From the NCBI RefSeq assembly GCF_009914755.1, contig NC_060931.1: DNA of 64,000 bases; one strand, 5' to 3'. Positions 29,739 to 45,316 of the stretch are shown in pieces; position 1 is the stretch's first letter; the number at the start of each line of letters is the position of its first letter. Position numbers and translations under genes: made by a program. The notes under the pieces were generated by a model. It saw only the letters and a list, made by a program, of their open reading frames with translations. It had not been told where the DNA came from and did no database searches. The DNA comes from the human T2T-CHM13v2.0 reference genome, Homo sapiens.

Positions 29739-29985
29739 TCTCTCTCTCTCTCTCTTTTTTTTTTTTTTTTTTTTTTTGAGATAGATAGGGTCTTAGTCTG
29801 TCATCCAGACTGGAGGGCAGGGTATGATCTTGACTCATGGCACCCCTGACCACCTGGGCTCCAGCCATCCTCCCACCTCAGCCTCCCAGGTAGCTGGGAC
29901 TACAGGCACGTGCCTGGTTAATTAGGTGGCAGGCTAATTTTTGTGTTTTTTTAGAGGTGAGGTTTTGCCATGTTGCCCAGGCTGT
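29739..29985 (-). mobile_element. 5'-truncated old Alu (AluJ-like) with a (CT)n/T tail
   Basis: Diverged Alu right arm; 15-bp TSD aaatctggaattctc at 29724-29738 and 29986-30000. Confidence 0.85.
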
Positions 29986-32284
29986 AAATCTGGAATTCTC
30001 AGTCAAGGTGGAGGACCTGAGAGAGCTGGGGACATTTGGGAGGGAGGAGTGGGCTGAGCGTGCAGGGGGCAGACAGGGATGGGGTAAGAGGCGGACCCCG
30101 GCAGTGAAGTCAGGTTCCGAGGTGAAGGAGCCATCCCGAAATTACCCAGATGAGAAATCTTGTTTCCGAAGCGCCTCTGCGTTCCGGGCACCAAGGGAGA
30201 GTGAGTTCTGACCGGGTTGTCGGGGGGTCAGGGACTCTGCCCTCAGCCACTTTGGCTGCTGGTTCTGCCGAGCCACTGCCCGAACAGCACCCCGGATGCA
30301 CCCGAGGAGGTGAGGCTCTGCGGACCGGGTGCCCTGTGAGTGACAGGGGAGAGGCCCCTGAGGTTTGCACAGTGCCTGTCACTTCTCAAAGCACCTCCTT
30401 CGTTCTGGCAATTTAGTGAGGGAGGCTGGGCAGCCGGGGCTGTCCATTTTATAGAGGAGGACACCAAGCCTCAGGGAGGGAGAGGGAAGCCGGTGGAGCC
30501 GGGCAGAAGCCTGTGGAGCTGGGTAGAGGCCGGCGGGTTTCCCAGCAGCGGTCTTCTGCATCTTCTGGCTGAGTCCTCCGCTGTCAGGAGACCCCGGCCT
30601 GGGCCAGGAGGTCCGATTCTGGGATGCGAACGTGGTGGGGCTGTTGCCATAGATACCGGTGTGGTCACCAGCCTGAAACCCTTGAGCCACGGAGAGATCA
30701 GACGGTGGTCCCCACTCCTCAGCCTGGAGCCTGGCAGAGACGCTCAAGGAAGAGGGTGGGCTGACCGCGCACGCCTCTCCTTTCTTCATATCCTGCGCGG
30801 CTCGGGCGCTGTGCAGGAGGCCTGTGCTCAGCGAGGAGAGAGACAGAGAGTGCAGTGGGAGGAGCGCGGGGTCGGGGGGCTCTGCTTCCCACGGTGCGCC
30901 TGGGAGCCTCTTTGCCTCTTGGGGCCTCAGTTTTTCCAAATGTAAAACCAGGGCAGCCCTTCAAGCCCCTGGCCAGTGACACACAGAGACGAGTAGATAA
31001 GGACACCAGGGCAGACTGTTCCGAAAGCGGTGAGCCGGCCATTTCAGCGCTGGTTCTGCATGGACTTTCCTCCTATGGAGGCTGGAATCAGCTGGTGCAA
31101 TCCTTACAATTCTGGTGGGAAAATTCCATCAGGCCTTCTGCAAACACACAAACTGTTTACCCTCACACACCCCATCTCTGCAGGGGCCTCGTGTACTCAG
31201 AACGCACCAGTAACCCCCACTTGGACGCTGCTTGCTCTGGAAACATTTCTAACTTGGTTATCTGGCTGCAAACCTCCAGCAGTTTCAGAAATAAAATGAC
31301 AGAAAGGGGAGGGATTCTTAGAGGTTGACTTCATGAAGGGAAGAGATCGAAAAATGATACAAGCTGGGCGAAGGGACTCCTGGCCAGCAGGCTGGGGACA
31401 CCCGACCATTCAGGGTGCTCAGCTCGCTCCTGCCTTCAGTCCCGCCAGACTTTGCGATTGTGTAAAGCAAGGAACAGGCACGTGAGGAAGGCAGCTTTGT
31501 CCAACGCGGGCTTCAGTGATGCAGAGAAATGTTGTAATCCTTCTTGAGAAACATTTGCATGCAAAATGGTTGACATACAAGACATTTTAACATTTAGAGG
31601 AAGGTTAGTTCCAAGTTTCCAGTATCCTCCTAAGACCGGCGGGAGCTCACATCTCAGAGCTCTTCAGGAACACGAGGTGAGGACCAGCCCCTTTCCCAAC
31701 CCCGAGGTGGCAGAAGGAGTGAGCTGGAGCCAGAAGTTCCCTGCCCCTTGCCTCCCCGCAGGAGCTGGGCCTTAGACAGCTCCCCAGGAGCTGGGCTGGG
31801 AGGAGAGCTGGGGGCAGGGAGGGTGCCTGTGAGGCAAAGCTTCTAGATGTCAAGGAGAAACGGGACTGGGTCAAGGCTCAGCCAGTCTTGAGTGACCCTG
31901 GAGAGCTGGGATCTGCTGGTCTGTGGGCCCAGAGATTTTCTCTGTGTCTACTCACCTTCCAGCCCCCACCCTGGCCCTGGCCCTGAGACCTCCCCACATG
32001 GATCTCCTGCCTCGGTGCTCCCTGCAGTTGGATGAGCAGCCCCGGTGGTCCTGACAAGGAGTGAGAGCAGTCGCTACCCCGGTGTAGCCCATGCTGCTGT
32101 CTTCAGCCCAGCAGGTCAGTCCTGCTCTGTGACTTTGCTGAGATGGGCTTGGCACTTCCTTGGGTCAAATGCTGCTCTGACCCTGCATTTGCTTCAGTTT
32201 CCGGGGGAAGAGAATCTTCCAGAGTGACAGAGAAGCGCCAAAGGATGTTGGAGCTGGAAGGAACCGAGGCCCCAGCCAATCTCA

Positions 32285-32450
32285 TCAGGTTTTCAACTTC
32301 AGCTGCACGTTAGAATCATCTGGAAAGTTCTAGAAAAATGCCTCTGCCTAGCCTCACTGCCAGAAGCCATGACTTAATTTGTTTGGGATGGAGCCCAGGA
32401 ATTATCTTCCAGGTGATTCTGATGTGTAGCCAGGGTTGAGTTTCACGGAT
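32285..32450. mobile_element. MER5A-type hAT DNA transposon remnant
   Basis: tttcaacttcagctgcacgttagaatcatctgg ... ccaggtgattctgatgtgtagccagggttgag. Confidence 0.7.
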
Positions 32451-33469
32451 CCCAAAGCTGTGTGGCTCAGAGTGGGGAAATGAGTTGGAGGGGGGGCTGC
32501 GGCGCAGGCCTCTGATGGCCTCACACCCTCTGCCCGCCATGGCTTGCTTCTCAGAGACTGTGGGTTTAGGCTATGGAATAATTTTCAAAAATACCAATTC
32601 TGGATCTTGCAGGCATTTAGAGTCCCCCAAACAATTTCTTTGGTGAATCCTGAAAACAGCCTTTTTTACAAACTTCTGTGCATCTCAGCAGAAACTAACA
32701 GCAAAATGGAACTTGGCTTAAGCTCTGGAGACATTTGAAATCTTGGCTAGTTGCACAATGATGTCTCGTGGCATTTCGGCGTGCTGGGGATCCTTTGTGG
32801 GCACGGCTGCGGTGAGGCTGCTCTTTGGGGGCTCTTTGACTGGTTGTCCAGCCGCACCTGCTGGGAACCTGAGGCCGAGTCTGCACCACCCCCATCGGAA
32901 TTCCCAGGCAGTGCCCTGGGAACCTGCCTGCCTCTGCGCTGAGTGGTGACAGCTGGTGGGTTGTCCCTCCCATCACGGAAAGCTGCTCCCAAGAAAGCCT
33001 GAGGCTTTGGACACGCAGTGGCGTTTCTGATGGAGGGTGCCAAAGCCTGGGGACACCCGCTTCCTCCTGAAAAACTAAACGGTCTTTGGTTCTGCTGCCT
33101 GGGAAGTCCAGCCATGCCTCCACCCTGTCCTCTTTGGGGCCGAGTGGGGAGCATGCAGCTGGGGGCCAGCTGACACATCTGGGGTGACAGAGGTCTCTGG
33201 CAGCTGGCATTCTAAAGGCCAGAGGTTTGCAAGTGCACTGTGAGTTTCCTGCTCTGTTCTTTAAGGAGAGCTTGGTTCTCAAAAAAGTGCCATTTGCTAG
33301 ATGAGGCTCAGTGTGGCTCAGTGGGGATGGAGTGCTCTGGAAGGACCTGGGGGGATGGGAGGACGGGGGCTGCCCAGTGGGCCAAGCCCCATTCATAGAC
33401 TGCTAGGCCACTCCTTAAGCCCATAGCGGGAATTGGTTGGTGGTTTTCTGGGTCCATGAGCTGTCACTT

Positions 33470-33990
33470 AAAAAAAAAAAAGATTTTTCAAGATGTAATA
33501 CGCTCACCATACATTGACCCGTTTGAATTGTATAATCCAGTGGTTTTCAGCATATTCACAGATACGTGCAGCCATCACCACAGTTTCGGAGCTATTCATG
33601 ACCTCCAAAAGTAACCTTGGGCTCTAACCCTCCCTTCCCCCGGCCTCTCCCAACAGATCCACTCTCTGGCTCTGCAGGTTTCCCTCGTCTGGACATTTGG
33701 CATGAATGAAATGGCACAATGCAAGGTCCCTGTGGCAGCTTCTTTAGAACAGTCACACAGCACGATGCTTCCAGGCTCGCCTGTGTTGTGGTGTATGATG
33801 GGGCTCCTTGTCACTTTGTGGCTGAGCGACACCACAGGGCACGGAGGAGCGTTTTGTGTGTCCGTTTGTCCACAATGGATGTTTGTGTTTTCTCCACTTT
33901 TGGCCATTGTGAGCCGTGCTACTGTGGCTGTGATGTGTGCAGCTCTCCTGGGTGTGTGTCTAGGTGTGCATTCCTCGACTGGAATCTGCA
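33470..33990 (-). mobile_element. Old L1M 3' end fragment
   Basis: tgtataatccagtggttttcagcatattcacaga...gcagccatcaccac...ctccacttttggccattgtg resembles the antisense L1M 3' UTR. Confidence 0.65.
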
Positions 33991-34207
33991 TTCGCTTCGC
34001 AGGAGCCAGGTCAACAGCGGAGGCAGAGTGAGGGGTGAGGCCTCCCTCAAGGGTTGGGTGGTGAGAGGGGAAGGCCCGGGGCTGGTGGCCGTTCTCAGAG
34101 TTTCCCTCCGCAGAGCCAGCCCTTTATCATGTTGCTCTGTGAAGACAGTGACTGTCTCTGAGCCCCTGCCCTTAGTCAGGGTCTCTGAGTTCATTCCTAT
34201 AGTTCTT

Positions 34208-34513
34208 TTTTGGTGGGAAGGAGCAGTCAGGGTCTTGCTCTGTTGCCCAGGCTGGAGTAAGTGGTGCAGTCTTGGCTCACCGCAGCCTTAACCTCCTGGG
34301 CTCAAGCGATCCTCCTACCTTAGCCTCCCAAAGTACTGGGACCACAGGTGCACACGCCAGGCCTGGTTAATTTTTTTTTTTTAATTTTATGTTTCGCAGA
34401 GATGGGGTCTCACTATGTTACCTAGGCTGGTCTTGCACTCCTGGGCTCAAGCGATCCTCCTGCCTTGGCCTCCCAAAGAAATGGGATTATGGGCATGAGC
34501 CACTGTACCTGGC
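34208..34513 (-). mobile_element. Alu (AluJ-like)
   Basis: cagggtcttgctctgttgcccaggctggag...ctcctgggctcaagcgatcctcc in both arms; TSD ttcctatagttctt / ttcctataattctt. Confidence 0.92.
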
Positions 34514-36648
34514 TCCTTCCTATAATTCTTCCAATTTCTGTATATAATAAAAATTATTTACAAAACGATATGTTTAGAGATTATACGTAGGAAATGACTC
34601 CTATATATATAATTTCCTGGAATTCTCATAACTCCTTTAGTTTATCTTCTGAAATGATGGACAAAAACACACTCTGAGGACAGACTTCTGAGCCACAGGG
34701 AAGGCCCTGGTGCCTGCAGATGGTGACGACACAGGCGAGGCCCAAGGGGGATGGCATGGGGCCCGAGCTGGGCGGCTGCCCTCTCTCCCTGAGCTCAGGG
34801 TCCCCTGGGCCCAGTCACTTCCAGTCCAGGCTCCTGGTCTATGCTCCTAGGAAACTTGCCAGTGCTCCTTGTGTCTCTAGGCCTCAGTTTCCCTAGCTTT
34901 GAAACAGCACACCCGTTGCCATTTGACGAGTGTGTATCTTCACATCTCTCATGTCCCCACTGCAAGAACCTGCCCACACCTCCTCAGCATCCCTAGTTCC
35001 AGCCACGCCCAGGTCACCCTCCCCAGGCACCTGTGACACCACCTGTGGGTAGGAGGCCACGGGCTCAGGTTCTGGGAGCAGCCCTTGGTCCAGGGCAGAC
35101 GGATGCTGGAGGATAAGCCCCAGTCCCTGGTGGGCTGACCCAGCTGTGTCCTGTGCTGATCACCAGAGCTCCTGGCGGGACAGAGCCCCACTGTCTGCGC
35201 CAGGGACCTGCCTGTCAGTCACCCTGCATCAACTCCTGGGGTCACCGCCCCACAACTGCTTGCTCTGAAATCCCTGTCTTAGGAAACTGAGTTGAGACAA
35301 GGATTCCTTTAAAAATCCCTCCTTGCCTTTTGTTGCTCGTGGACAGCAGGGGTTTGGGGTGATTGCATCTGAATAAACTTCCCTTGGCTGTTCCTGCCCG
35401 GGCCCCGGGCTTCTCTGATCTGTTGTTGTGGAGACCGATTCTTCTTGCCCTTTGTGGTTGAGTCAGGTAAGGGAGGCCTGTTTATCCATGAACACACACA
35501 GCGCTTGGCACAAACATTAATGGGTAGAGACAAGGTGTGAGCGCAGCTCTGTCGGTGACTGTCACCTGGGGTGGAGCACGCCATCCTCCTTGAGCCCCAC
35601 GGAGTCACACGGAAACACAGGGCAGCTGCACAAGATGAACTTGGACAGGGAGGAAATCTGTCAGGGCAGAACTCACCGTTGTGTGAACCCACACGTGCCC
35701 CTCTCCATCCCCAGATGGCAGGAAGTGACTTGGGCAGGGTGGCCTTGAGCTGCGAGCCCGGGGTCCTGACCTCAGGTGGGCACCCGACGTCCTGGTGGGT
35801 TTGAGTTTCCTCCTCTGAAAAACAGTCCTTGCACTTTGTCATCCAGTTGGAGGCTCATCTTGGATCAGACGTCTCTCAGCTACACAGGGCGGGTTGAAGG
35901 CCCTGTGTGTGGGGACTGGCCAGCAAACCCCCCTGCCAGGCTTGATGCCCACTGGTGCATGGCCCGGGCTGTAGAGGGCGCGACAGGGCTGGTGTCTGGA
36001 GGGGCTGGTGTCTGCTGAGGGGCCGGCAGCGGCCAGGGGCCACCAGCAGGCTCTGGCCCTCGGTAGCTGGACACGGGCCTCTGGCTGTGTAGCTCAGGAC
36101 TGGTGTGAGGCTGCGGTCTCCGGGGCTGTCTCTCCTCCTCCGTCTAGGGAGGGGACGCTGTAGCACAGCAGGCTGGAGAGGTCTGTGGAGGCTGCTGTGG
36201 AATGGGGAGGGTCCTGGGGAGGAGCCTCTGTGTAACATGCCTCCCAGATCCCACCATGTCCCCCAACCCCAACTCCCAGCCCTGGTGTAGGCACACAAAG
36301 GGTATTTAATAAATACTTGTCAAGCGCTTGATGAATTTTAAGTGATGTCCCCAAACCTCACCAATGAAGACATCACTGGAACACCATGTGAGTGATTCAT
36401 CTGTCTCTATGTGGTTTTAGCAGGGTGGTCTGGGACACTGGAGTTGCCTTGACTGTTTAGCCTGGGAGAACACATTTTCTTCTTCACGTTGGCTACCTGG
36501 GCCTTGCTGGCATAGACGGCTTTGAGTCACAGTGTGTACATGACAATGCCCATTTCAACTAAGAGAAACCCAATCACAGAGCCAGCTTTTTGCTGGAGTC
36601 TTTGTCAGCTAATTGTTCAAATAATGACTCTTCTCAACTTTGCTTTTC

Positions 36649-36969
<321 letters not shown>

Positions 36970-37348
36970 GACTTTGCTTTTCATAAAGGGTGACAGAGGC
37001 CAAGACTCTTCAAACATGCTCACTTTTTGGGCACTGGGGCCCCTGCATTGCCATCCAATTTCTTTCCCTGTGATGCTGGGATGGGGCTTAGGAGGGAGAT
37101 CCAGTGTGGTCTCCCCTGATCTCAGTGACCTTGGGAAAGCCACTTCTTAGCTACATGCTCTTATTGTAAAGGGGGAGAGTGTCCCTTTACTATCCCACAG
37201 GTTTGCATGTGGCTCAAGGAATGCATACACTGGGTGTAGGAGTGAGATAATCAGTATAGAAGAGAATTGACCAGTACAGAGAAATAGAACTAATGCCGTG
37301 CTCATGATTACTGTTAATGGTTGTGGGACCTGCTTACTTGTTTTTTGA

Positions 37349-37705
<357 letters not shown>

Positions 37706-39437
37706 TTTCTTATGTTGTTCATGATAGTGTGGGTCTTCTTTCAAAGCAGTATTAAGTGCTTCAGATTTTTGGGAGGTGAGACAGAAAGTTGTGGTTCAGG
37801 ATGTCTCAAAATGATGGTTCTGGAAAGCACTGTAGCTCTGTGACTGAACTGAGAGGTTCCTAGAGAAAATAGAGTGGCTTTGGTTGTTTTCCGGAATCAT
37901 TTGTGATAATAAAGGTTTAAAGCTCAATGAACTGAATTAGAAATATAAGTTAATGGATGTAATTCCCTCCACGCTAAGCTTATGACCCATGGAATTTTCT
38001 TAAACTGTGGCATCTCTTATCAAGTGTTATCAGATGACAAAAATAAGTGAACACATGAAGTGTGGTAAGTACTAGGTGAGAATCTTTCCAAAAACAATTA
38101 TGTTAGGTTCTTAACCTAAGTTAGGTGACTTATTTTTGGTGGACACACGTCTTTGTGGCTATGACTGATTGTATACAAACTTATAAAGTGAAACTTTCAA
38201 TGAGAAAACCATTTTAACTCCTATAACTGCATTAGATCAGTGCATTTGTCATGGTAGTCTTAAAAACTGCCTTGTCTATGACAGCTCTTTTGTGGGGAGG
38301 GCATGAAAGTGGGAGGACTCGGCACTGAATTCCAGGGTCACCACGAAGCCCAGTAGCTCTCCTATTCTTCTGTGGTTAAGGATTTAGGGTCAGACACATG
38401 AGCTCATTTCAGTGGGATACTGGAAGCCAAGCTCCAAGTCATAGTGCAGATGGCTTATTATAAAGTTACAGCAGAGATATGGGAAACGAAGAGTGTGAAT
38501 CAGGCTTCTCTGAAGTCAGCAGTTCTTTACTTACTGTATCTTGATGATGGTAATCTGGATGAAGCTACGCAAATATGCTAAGCGAAGTCATTAATTTTGG
38601 TGATCTGGAGGGCTGTGGCCATCTCGGAACCATTACCTCCGGGGACTATTACCCAGTTCCTGGTGAGGGAGGCTGACTTTTGGGTACCACACATCACAGG
38701 AGGGCAGAACCTGCTCGATGTGCAGGTGCAGCACTGGGTTTGCTCTTCGGACAGATTCTCTGCTGCGATCGCAGGACTGTTTTATGATGGTATCCGTCGT
38801 GCTGTCAAAGAAGAAATCTTCTCTCATTGCTCAGTATACAAACGGCTGGGATTTCCACTGGCACATGTTCCTGTTTACCTGAAGACTGTTTTCCCCTGAA
38901 CTCTGATAAAGTTCATTTGCAGCTATGTGCAGAGACAGGCCAAACTTCTAATTCCCAGCATGCTTTAATGCTCATATACTAAGCTCTGCTCTCAGCTAAG
39001 AGGACCTTTGCCGTGTAGAGGCTTTGGTGAGGAGAATCAGAGGTCGGATGGTAGAAACGACCAAGGAGTCTTGAGAAGATGTTCCTTCCAGAAGTTAGCA
39101 ACCACCACCGGTTCCCTGTCCTGGAAGCTTCCTGCAGCTGTTTCCCTTCTTGTCGTAGAAAACTGGAAGAGTTTATTGGAATTTGTGAGCAGTTTTCTGC
39201 TTAGAGTTCACAGACTCTCAAAGTGTATTTTGAATGCATGTGCATTTCTGCCGGATTCAGCTAGGTCCTATTTTAAACAGATCTGAGACATAATCAAAAC
39301 AAAACGTATCTATTTGAAGGTATATTTGCTTTCAAAAGGGATGGGCTAGTAATAGTAGACTCCCCAGTGCATTTACTAGTGAGTCTGTTAGCTCTCCGAG
39401 GCTTCAAAACAAAGTGTGAGATGTGCCAGCGAGCAGG

Positions 39438-39462
39438 CACACACACACACACACACACACAC
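39438..39462. repeat. (CA)n microsatellite
   Basis: About 12 CA units. Confidence 0.9.
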
Positions 39463-40611
39463 CTAGCAAGGAAAGAACACCGATTTTTCTTTATCCAATA
39501 CACTTGACCACACACATCCCCATGAGCGCTTTTTCCTTCAAAGTCCTCACCTCAGGAAGCCGAGCTCTTCTGTAGTTTGACCGTGCTGGACAGCTCATTG
39601 TAGTCACTGCATTTGGCTTCTGATATCTCTGGTCGCTTCAGAAGATGAAATTCATCCTTAAAGGACAACTCTCGGTCTCTTCTGAGGATATCTGAAAAGC
39701 GTACTTCAGATTCTGAACCCAGGTGTTGACGGCTGCATGACTGGAACGGGAGCCTGTGTGGAAGGACAAACCTCTTCAGAAGGAGTGGCCCTACCTGTGT
39801 AGAGAAAGTCCAAGTCTGTGCTGTTGTCAGAACTGAGTGTGTTTGTTCCACGCGGGCACCTGTCCCCATCGATACGAAGGCTGGAGCCTCAGAGATGGAA
39901 CGTAACTCACACAGTCACTTAGCTGGCTCAGTCGTCTCCAGGTACCTCGGCGCCTTCTGGACTGCCCTTGCGTTGGATTTTTCTGCCCTTTTTGACAAGT
40001 GACCCTTGAAAAATTATCTCACTTTTAGGTTTTCTTATGTCATCTCTGGCAAGCTGGCTTCTGGGTTACATGGCATTGGAGTGCTGCCTGCTTGGCCTGG
40101 TTTCATCGAAGACCAGTTCTTGGCTTTGTGGACTAAGCCCTATTCCTCCCTGAAAGGTGAGTGATGTCCCGTTCTTTCCTTCCTTGCCTGCCCCAAAGGG
40201 AAGACGATGCAATCCCGTGGGCACATGTGTCTCAGGATGAAGGTCCACGTGCTGACCAATATGTGCAGACAATAGACCACGCCTGTGTTGACACTTTTAT
40301 TCCTCACCCACGGTGTGCGTGTGTTTCTGTACACCCTGGGTGCTGTTGCCCATCTTCAGTAGTGACCAATTTGTCACTAAACAGCATTCTGTTTGGTTTG
40401 CATGAACTGGCAGTTAAACTGTCCTGGTTTTTACAGTTTTGTCTCTTAAGGCCGACTGCCAATGTTTTGCTACCCCTTTGGTTCAGTGACAGCCCCCAGG
40501 GCTGTAGTGGCTGAGAAACAGGAGGGTGGAGGTTATATCCCTGGGACGTTAGCTTGGCAGGTGCTCACCCTCTGGTGTGTCTTCACCTGTACTTTCCTCA
40601 GCCTCTTCAGT

Positions 40612-40909
40612 TGTTTTTTTTTTTTTTCTTGAGACAGTCTCCCTCTGTCACCCAGGCTGGAGTGCAGTGGCATGATCTCAGCTCACCGTAACCTCCACCT
40701 TCTGGATTCAAGCAATTCTTCTGTCTCAGCCTCCCAAGTAGCTGAGACTACAGGTGCATGCCATCATGCCTGGCTAAATTTTGTATTTTTAGTAGAGACA
40801 GGGTTTTGCCATCTTGGCCAGGCTGGTCTCAAACTCCTGACCTCAGGTGATCCTCCTGCCTCGGCCCCCCAAAGTGCTGGGATTACAAGCGTGAGCCACT
40901 GTGCCCAGC
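40612..40909 (-). mobile_element. Alu (AluS-type)
   Basis: T-tail, gagacagtctccctctgtcacccaggctgg ... gagccactgtgcccagc. Confidence 0.95.
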
Positions 40910-41339
40910 AGCCCCTTCAATTTTTGAGGAAAATCATTAATTTTTATTCTTGGAAGAACTTCACCTTGGAAGTGGAAAAGTGAATTCCTATCATAGCCCA
41001 CAGATCCTACCTGTGTCCTCAGTACCATGCTCTGTCCTGGGTGTGAGGATGTGGGCCAGAAATAAGTTGCCAGCATCGTTTCCACCTCGTTTGATATTAA
41101 ATCATCTGCAGTAAGATGGGAGAAGCTGCGGTGGGCAGACATTTCCTTTCTCCCTCATCCTCCTGTGTTACAGATATCTTGGAATGACGTCCTTCCTCTC
41201 CCCGATGACATGTCAGGGTAGCAGGAAACCAGCACCTTTCCCCTTAGAGCTATTTCCTTCTTCCCCAACCACAGGTGTTTACCAAGTGTCTACATTATGG
41301 TGGTGATGGAGGTGGAGGATACATAAAAAACAAATAGTA

Positions 41340-41666
<327 letters not shown>

Positions 41667-42367
41667 TTAGCTCCTCCTTCAGGAGTAAAGACTGCGTGCA
41701 CCAAACGCTGATTTGTGTAACATCAACAACAAGCGCGAGGGCTTTCGGGGCCCAGGGCGGGAGGAGTGACGTCCTGCGGGGGCTGGGACAGGAACTTCAT
41801 GGAAGGGTGGTCAGCACTGAGATGGGGGCAGGCCAGGGCAAAGGAGATGCCAGAAGCAGGGAGTGAAGAGGGAGTTCAGGGCCTCAGGTGAGGGCTCCTT
41901 TCCGTGCAGAACGGGCCAAAGAAACACATCCCAGACTCACTGACCAGGGAGGACCGAGGACACCAGGCCAGGACCCTCTGTCCCTCATGGAGCCATTGCC
42001 TACAAATGTATCCAGGAGACAACAGTGACACACATGAGATGTCCTTCAAGTGAAACTGTTCGAGATTCCCCAGAGGAAATCTTCACGGAGACCCCAAGAA
42101 GCGGCTGGGCCCAGCTTACCTTCATCCACGTCTCAGGTCTGGGAGCTGCAGACATAGCAGGTCAGGGCAGAGTAGGGGCTGACCTTGGTGTCCTCAGCGT
42201 TCAGGGGCGCGTCTGTGAGTTGTTTTGTTTTGTTTTGTTTTGGCATAGGCTCTGTTTTACACTTACGGACGGTAAGCCCATGAGACACCCCTGTTCTCAA
42301 GGGCGGGGACCAGGCCTGCCCCCTGGCAAGGTCCTCATGCTTAGAACTCAGAACTTAGAACTTAGCA

Positions 42368-42705
42368 CAGGTTGAGTCTCCCTTATCCAAATGCTTGGGG
42401 CTGCAGTGATTTGGATTTCCGACTGTTTTGGATTTTGGCATATTTGCATAAGGGATATCTTGGGGATGGCACCCAAGTCGAAACCCAAAATTCATTTATG
42501 TTTCATATGCGCTGTCTATACGCAGCCTGAAGGTAACAGGTAACGTGTCTCCCCTCAGGGACGCTGCAGCAAGTGTGTGTTGTGCGCCTGAGTTTCGAGC
42601 TGTGCGTGGAATTTTCTGCTCGTGGCCTTGTGACGGTGCTCGGAAAATTTCCGATTCTTGAGCATCTCAGATTTCAGATTTTCAGGTTAGGGAAGTTTCA
42701 CTTCT
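42368..42705. mobile_element. Tigger4/MER46 (Zombi)-like Tc1-mariner remnant
   Basis: Starts caggttgagtctcccttatccaaatgcttggg; ends ttgagcatctcagatttcagattttcaggttaggga, resembling the family terminal inverted repeats. Confidence 0.7.
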
Positions 42706-44739
42706 CAGCAACTGTCTGTGGACCCGAGGCCTGTGGTGTGGAGGCATGGAGAGGCTGGCACCTGCAGGGCCTGGTGTCCGCGGGGCCTGGTGTCTGCGGG
42801 GCCTGCTGGCCTAGGCCAGGGCTGTGGGGTTCCTGGGGGGGACATGAGTAGGATGAACTCAACTGATGTGCTCCATCAGCACCTGCTGGACATTTTCCCA
42901 AGAAAAGAGACCGGGAAGGGACGAGAGAAAGCATCCAGAATGGGGCAAGCGTCCCCTGGGGTCAGAGTGTGGACGAGCAGTGTCGGCCAACCCACACTGC
43001 ACCCAGGCCAGCTGGCAAGGGGTCAGGTCCACAGAAGGACATGGGGGACGGGTTGCCCCTGCGTGTGGTCAGTGCTTATTCCTCAACTCAGAAAGCCTGG
43101 GGGACGTGAGCCCGGCACTCATGTGGTGGGCTTAGCCCTGCTGAGTGGTGCTGGCCACCTTATGGGGACTCTCAGGTGACTTCTGGGGTGCTGGGTGGGG
43201 AACTCCCTGAAGAGTGGCTGGCCCTGGCTTCTGGCAGGCCAGGCCCTGTGTAGCTGGGGTCCTGGGCAGGCCATCGCCCCCTCACCCCACAGGCCTTGCC
43301 CTCCTTACCCTGAGACCTGATCCCTGGCCGGCATGAGGACTGCACCCCCGCCGCCTGCCTGTGGATGAAAAATGTCTCTGATGTCCAGCTAGGGGCCTCC
43401 CTCGAGCTGGCGGCATCCTCAGGCCACTTCCTTAAGAGCTCTGGACGGCCCCAGGAGCCCAGCAATGATTAACCACAGCGTTCCTGGGTGTTCCCTCCCG
43501 GGTCCCCCTCCCCCGCTCTTGAACTGGAGCCGGAAGGGCGTTGGGAGGCGGCATGGCTTGGAAGAACATGAGCGGGGCCCAATTCCAGTTTCTCCACTTT
43601 CTGACTCTGAGAATCTCTGGAGGAAGTTACTAAACCAAAGCTGCCCTAACATGGGTCTGTGTCGAAGACCCAGGGACCTGACAGTGGCAGAGACTCAGAA
43701 CATGCACCAAGAGTTCGGGCAAACCTCCAGACGTGCTTCCATGGAAGATCCCGGGCAGCTGGGACTTCAGCGCCCCCGAGCTCCACGAGGGCATGGAACC
43801 TGCTTGGGCCTTTTCCTATCTCTCCGTAGGCACTGGGGATGTTTCCCCGCTGAGGTCGCCATTCTGCTCCTCCTAGCGGCCCGTCCTCCCCATGCCCCAG
43901 CCCGAGCACATCACTCCCCGTCCCCTCCTTGCCCCTCTCCGCCCATGGCCTGGGACAGCTCCTTGGGTAATGCAAGTCTCCTGAACCCTGGACAGAATGG
44001 TCAGGTTACCTTTGGGGCTCTCCGGGCAAGAACTCTCTCTCCCTGGAATTGGAGGCCTGTCTTCCTGGTGGGGCCCTGCCTGTCCCCAAGGCAGCATCTG
44101 GAGCCCATGTCTCAGAGGAAGCCCCTCCTGGGTAAGGCAGATGCACACCTGCACCTAAGCCAGGTGAGGGTCCTGGGTCCAGACACCTGCTTCCCTTCCT
44201 CACCTCCCGATTTCTATCTGTGGTCACAGAGAGAGAGAGGGGTCCAGGTTTTCCAGTTTTTGGGTTTTCCCCGCTAGAAACCTGGAAGTGAATGCAGGCT
44301 GTCCACAATTCACAGGTCTGGGAAGAGAAAGGCCATTCCACGTGGCTTTGCATGGGTTAGTTGTCCTCACCACATCCCTATTTGGTCGTTACTAGTAGAT
44401 TTCTTCTGTGAGCGGGAATCTGGGGCTCAGGGGTCCTCCCACTTGCCCAGGTCCCTCACCGTGAGCTCCCGGGGGTAGACCCGGACTTCCTGCTCAGCAG
44501 GACCAGCTCTTTCACAGGAGGATGATGGCGCCCGACGGGTCCTGCAGCATCTCTTATCGGGTCTGGCAGCCCGGTCCCCTGGGGATGAAGGCTCCTGACT
44601 CTCACCTAGGGGCACAGCTCCCCGGCACCCCTGATTTTCCTGCTTTTCAGAACAGTCGCCCTCACATGCAGTGCGGGGCTCGTTGGACATTCTCTATTCT
44701 TTTCCCTGATAGCCTCCGTTTGTCCAGGGACTGCAGCCC

Positions 44740-45316
<577 letters not shown>

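Noticed and set aside
43465-44277. 270-aa ATG-initiated ORF
   Set aside because: Pro/Leu/Arg-rich with no recognisable family; expected by chance at this GC content
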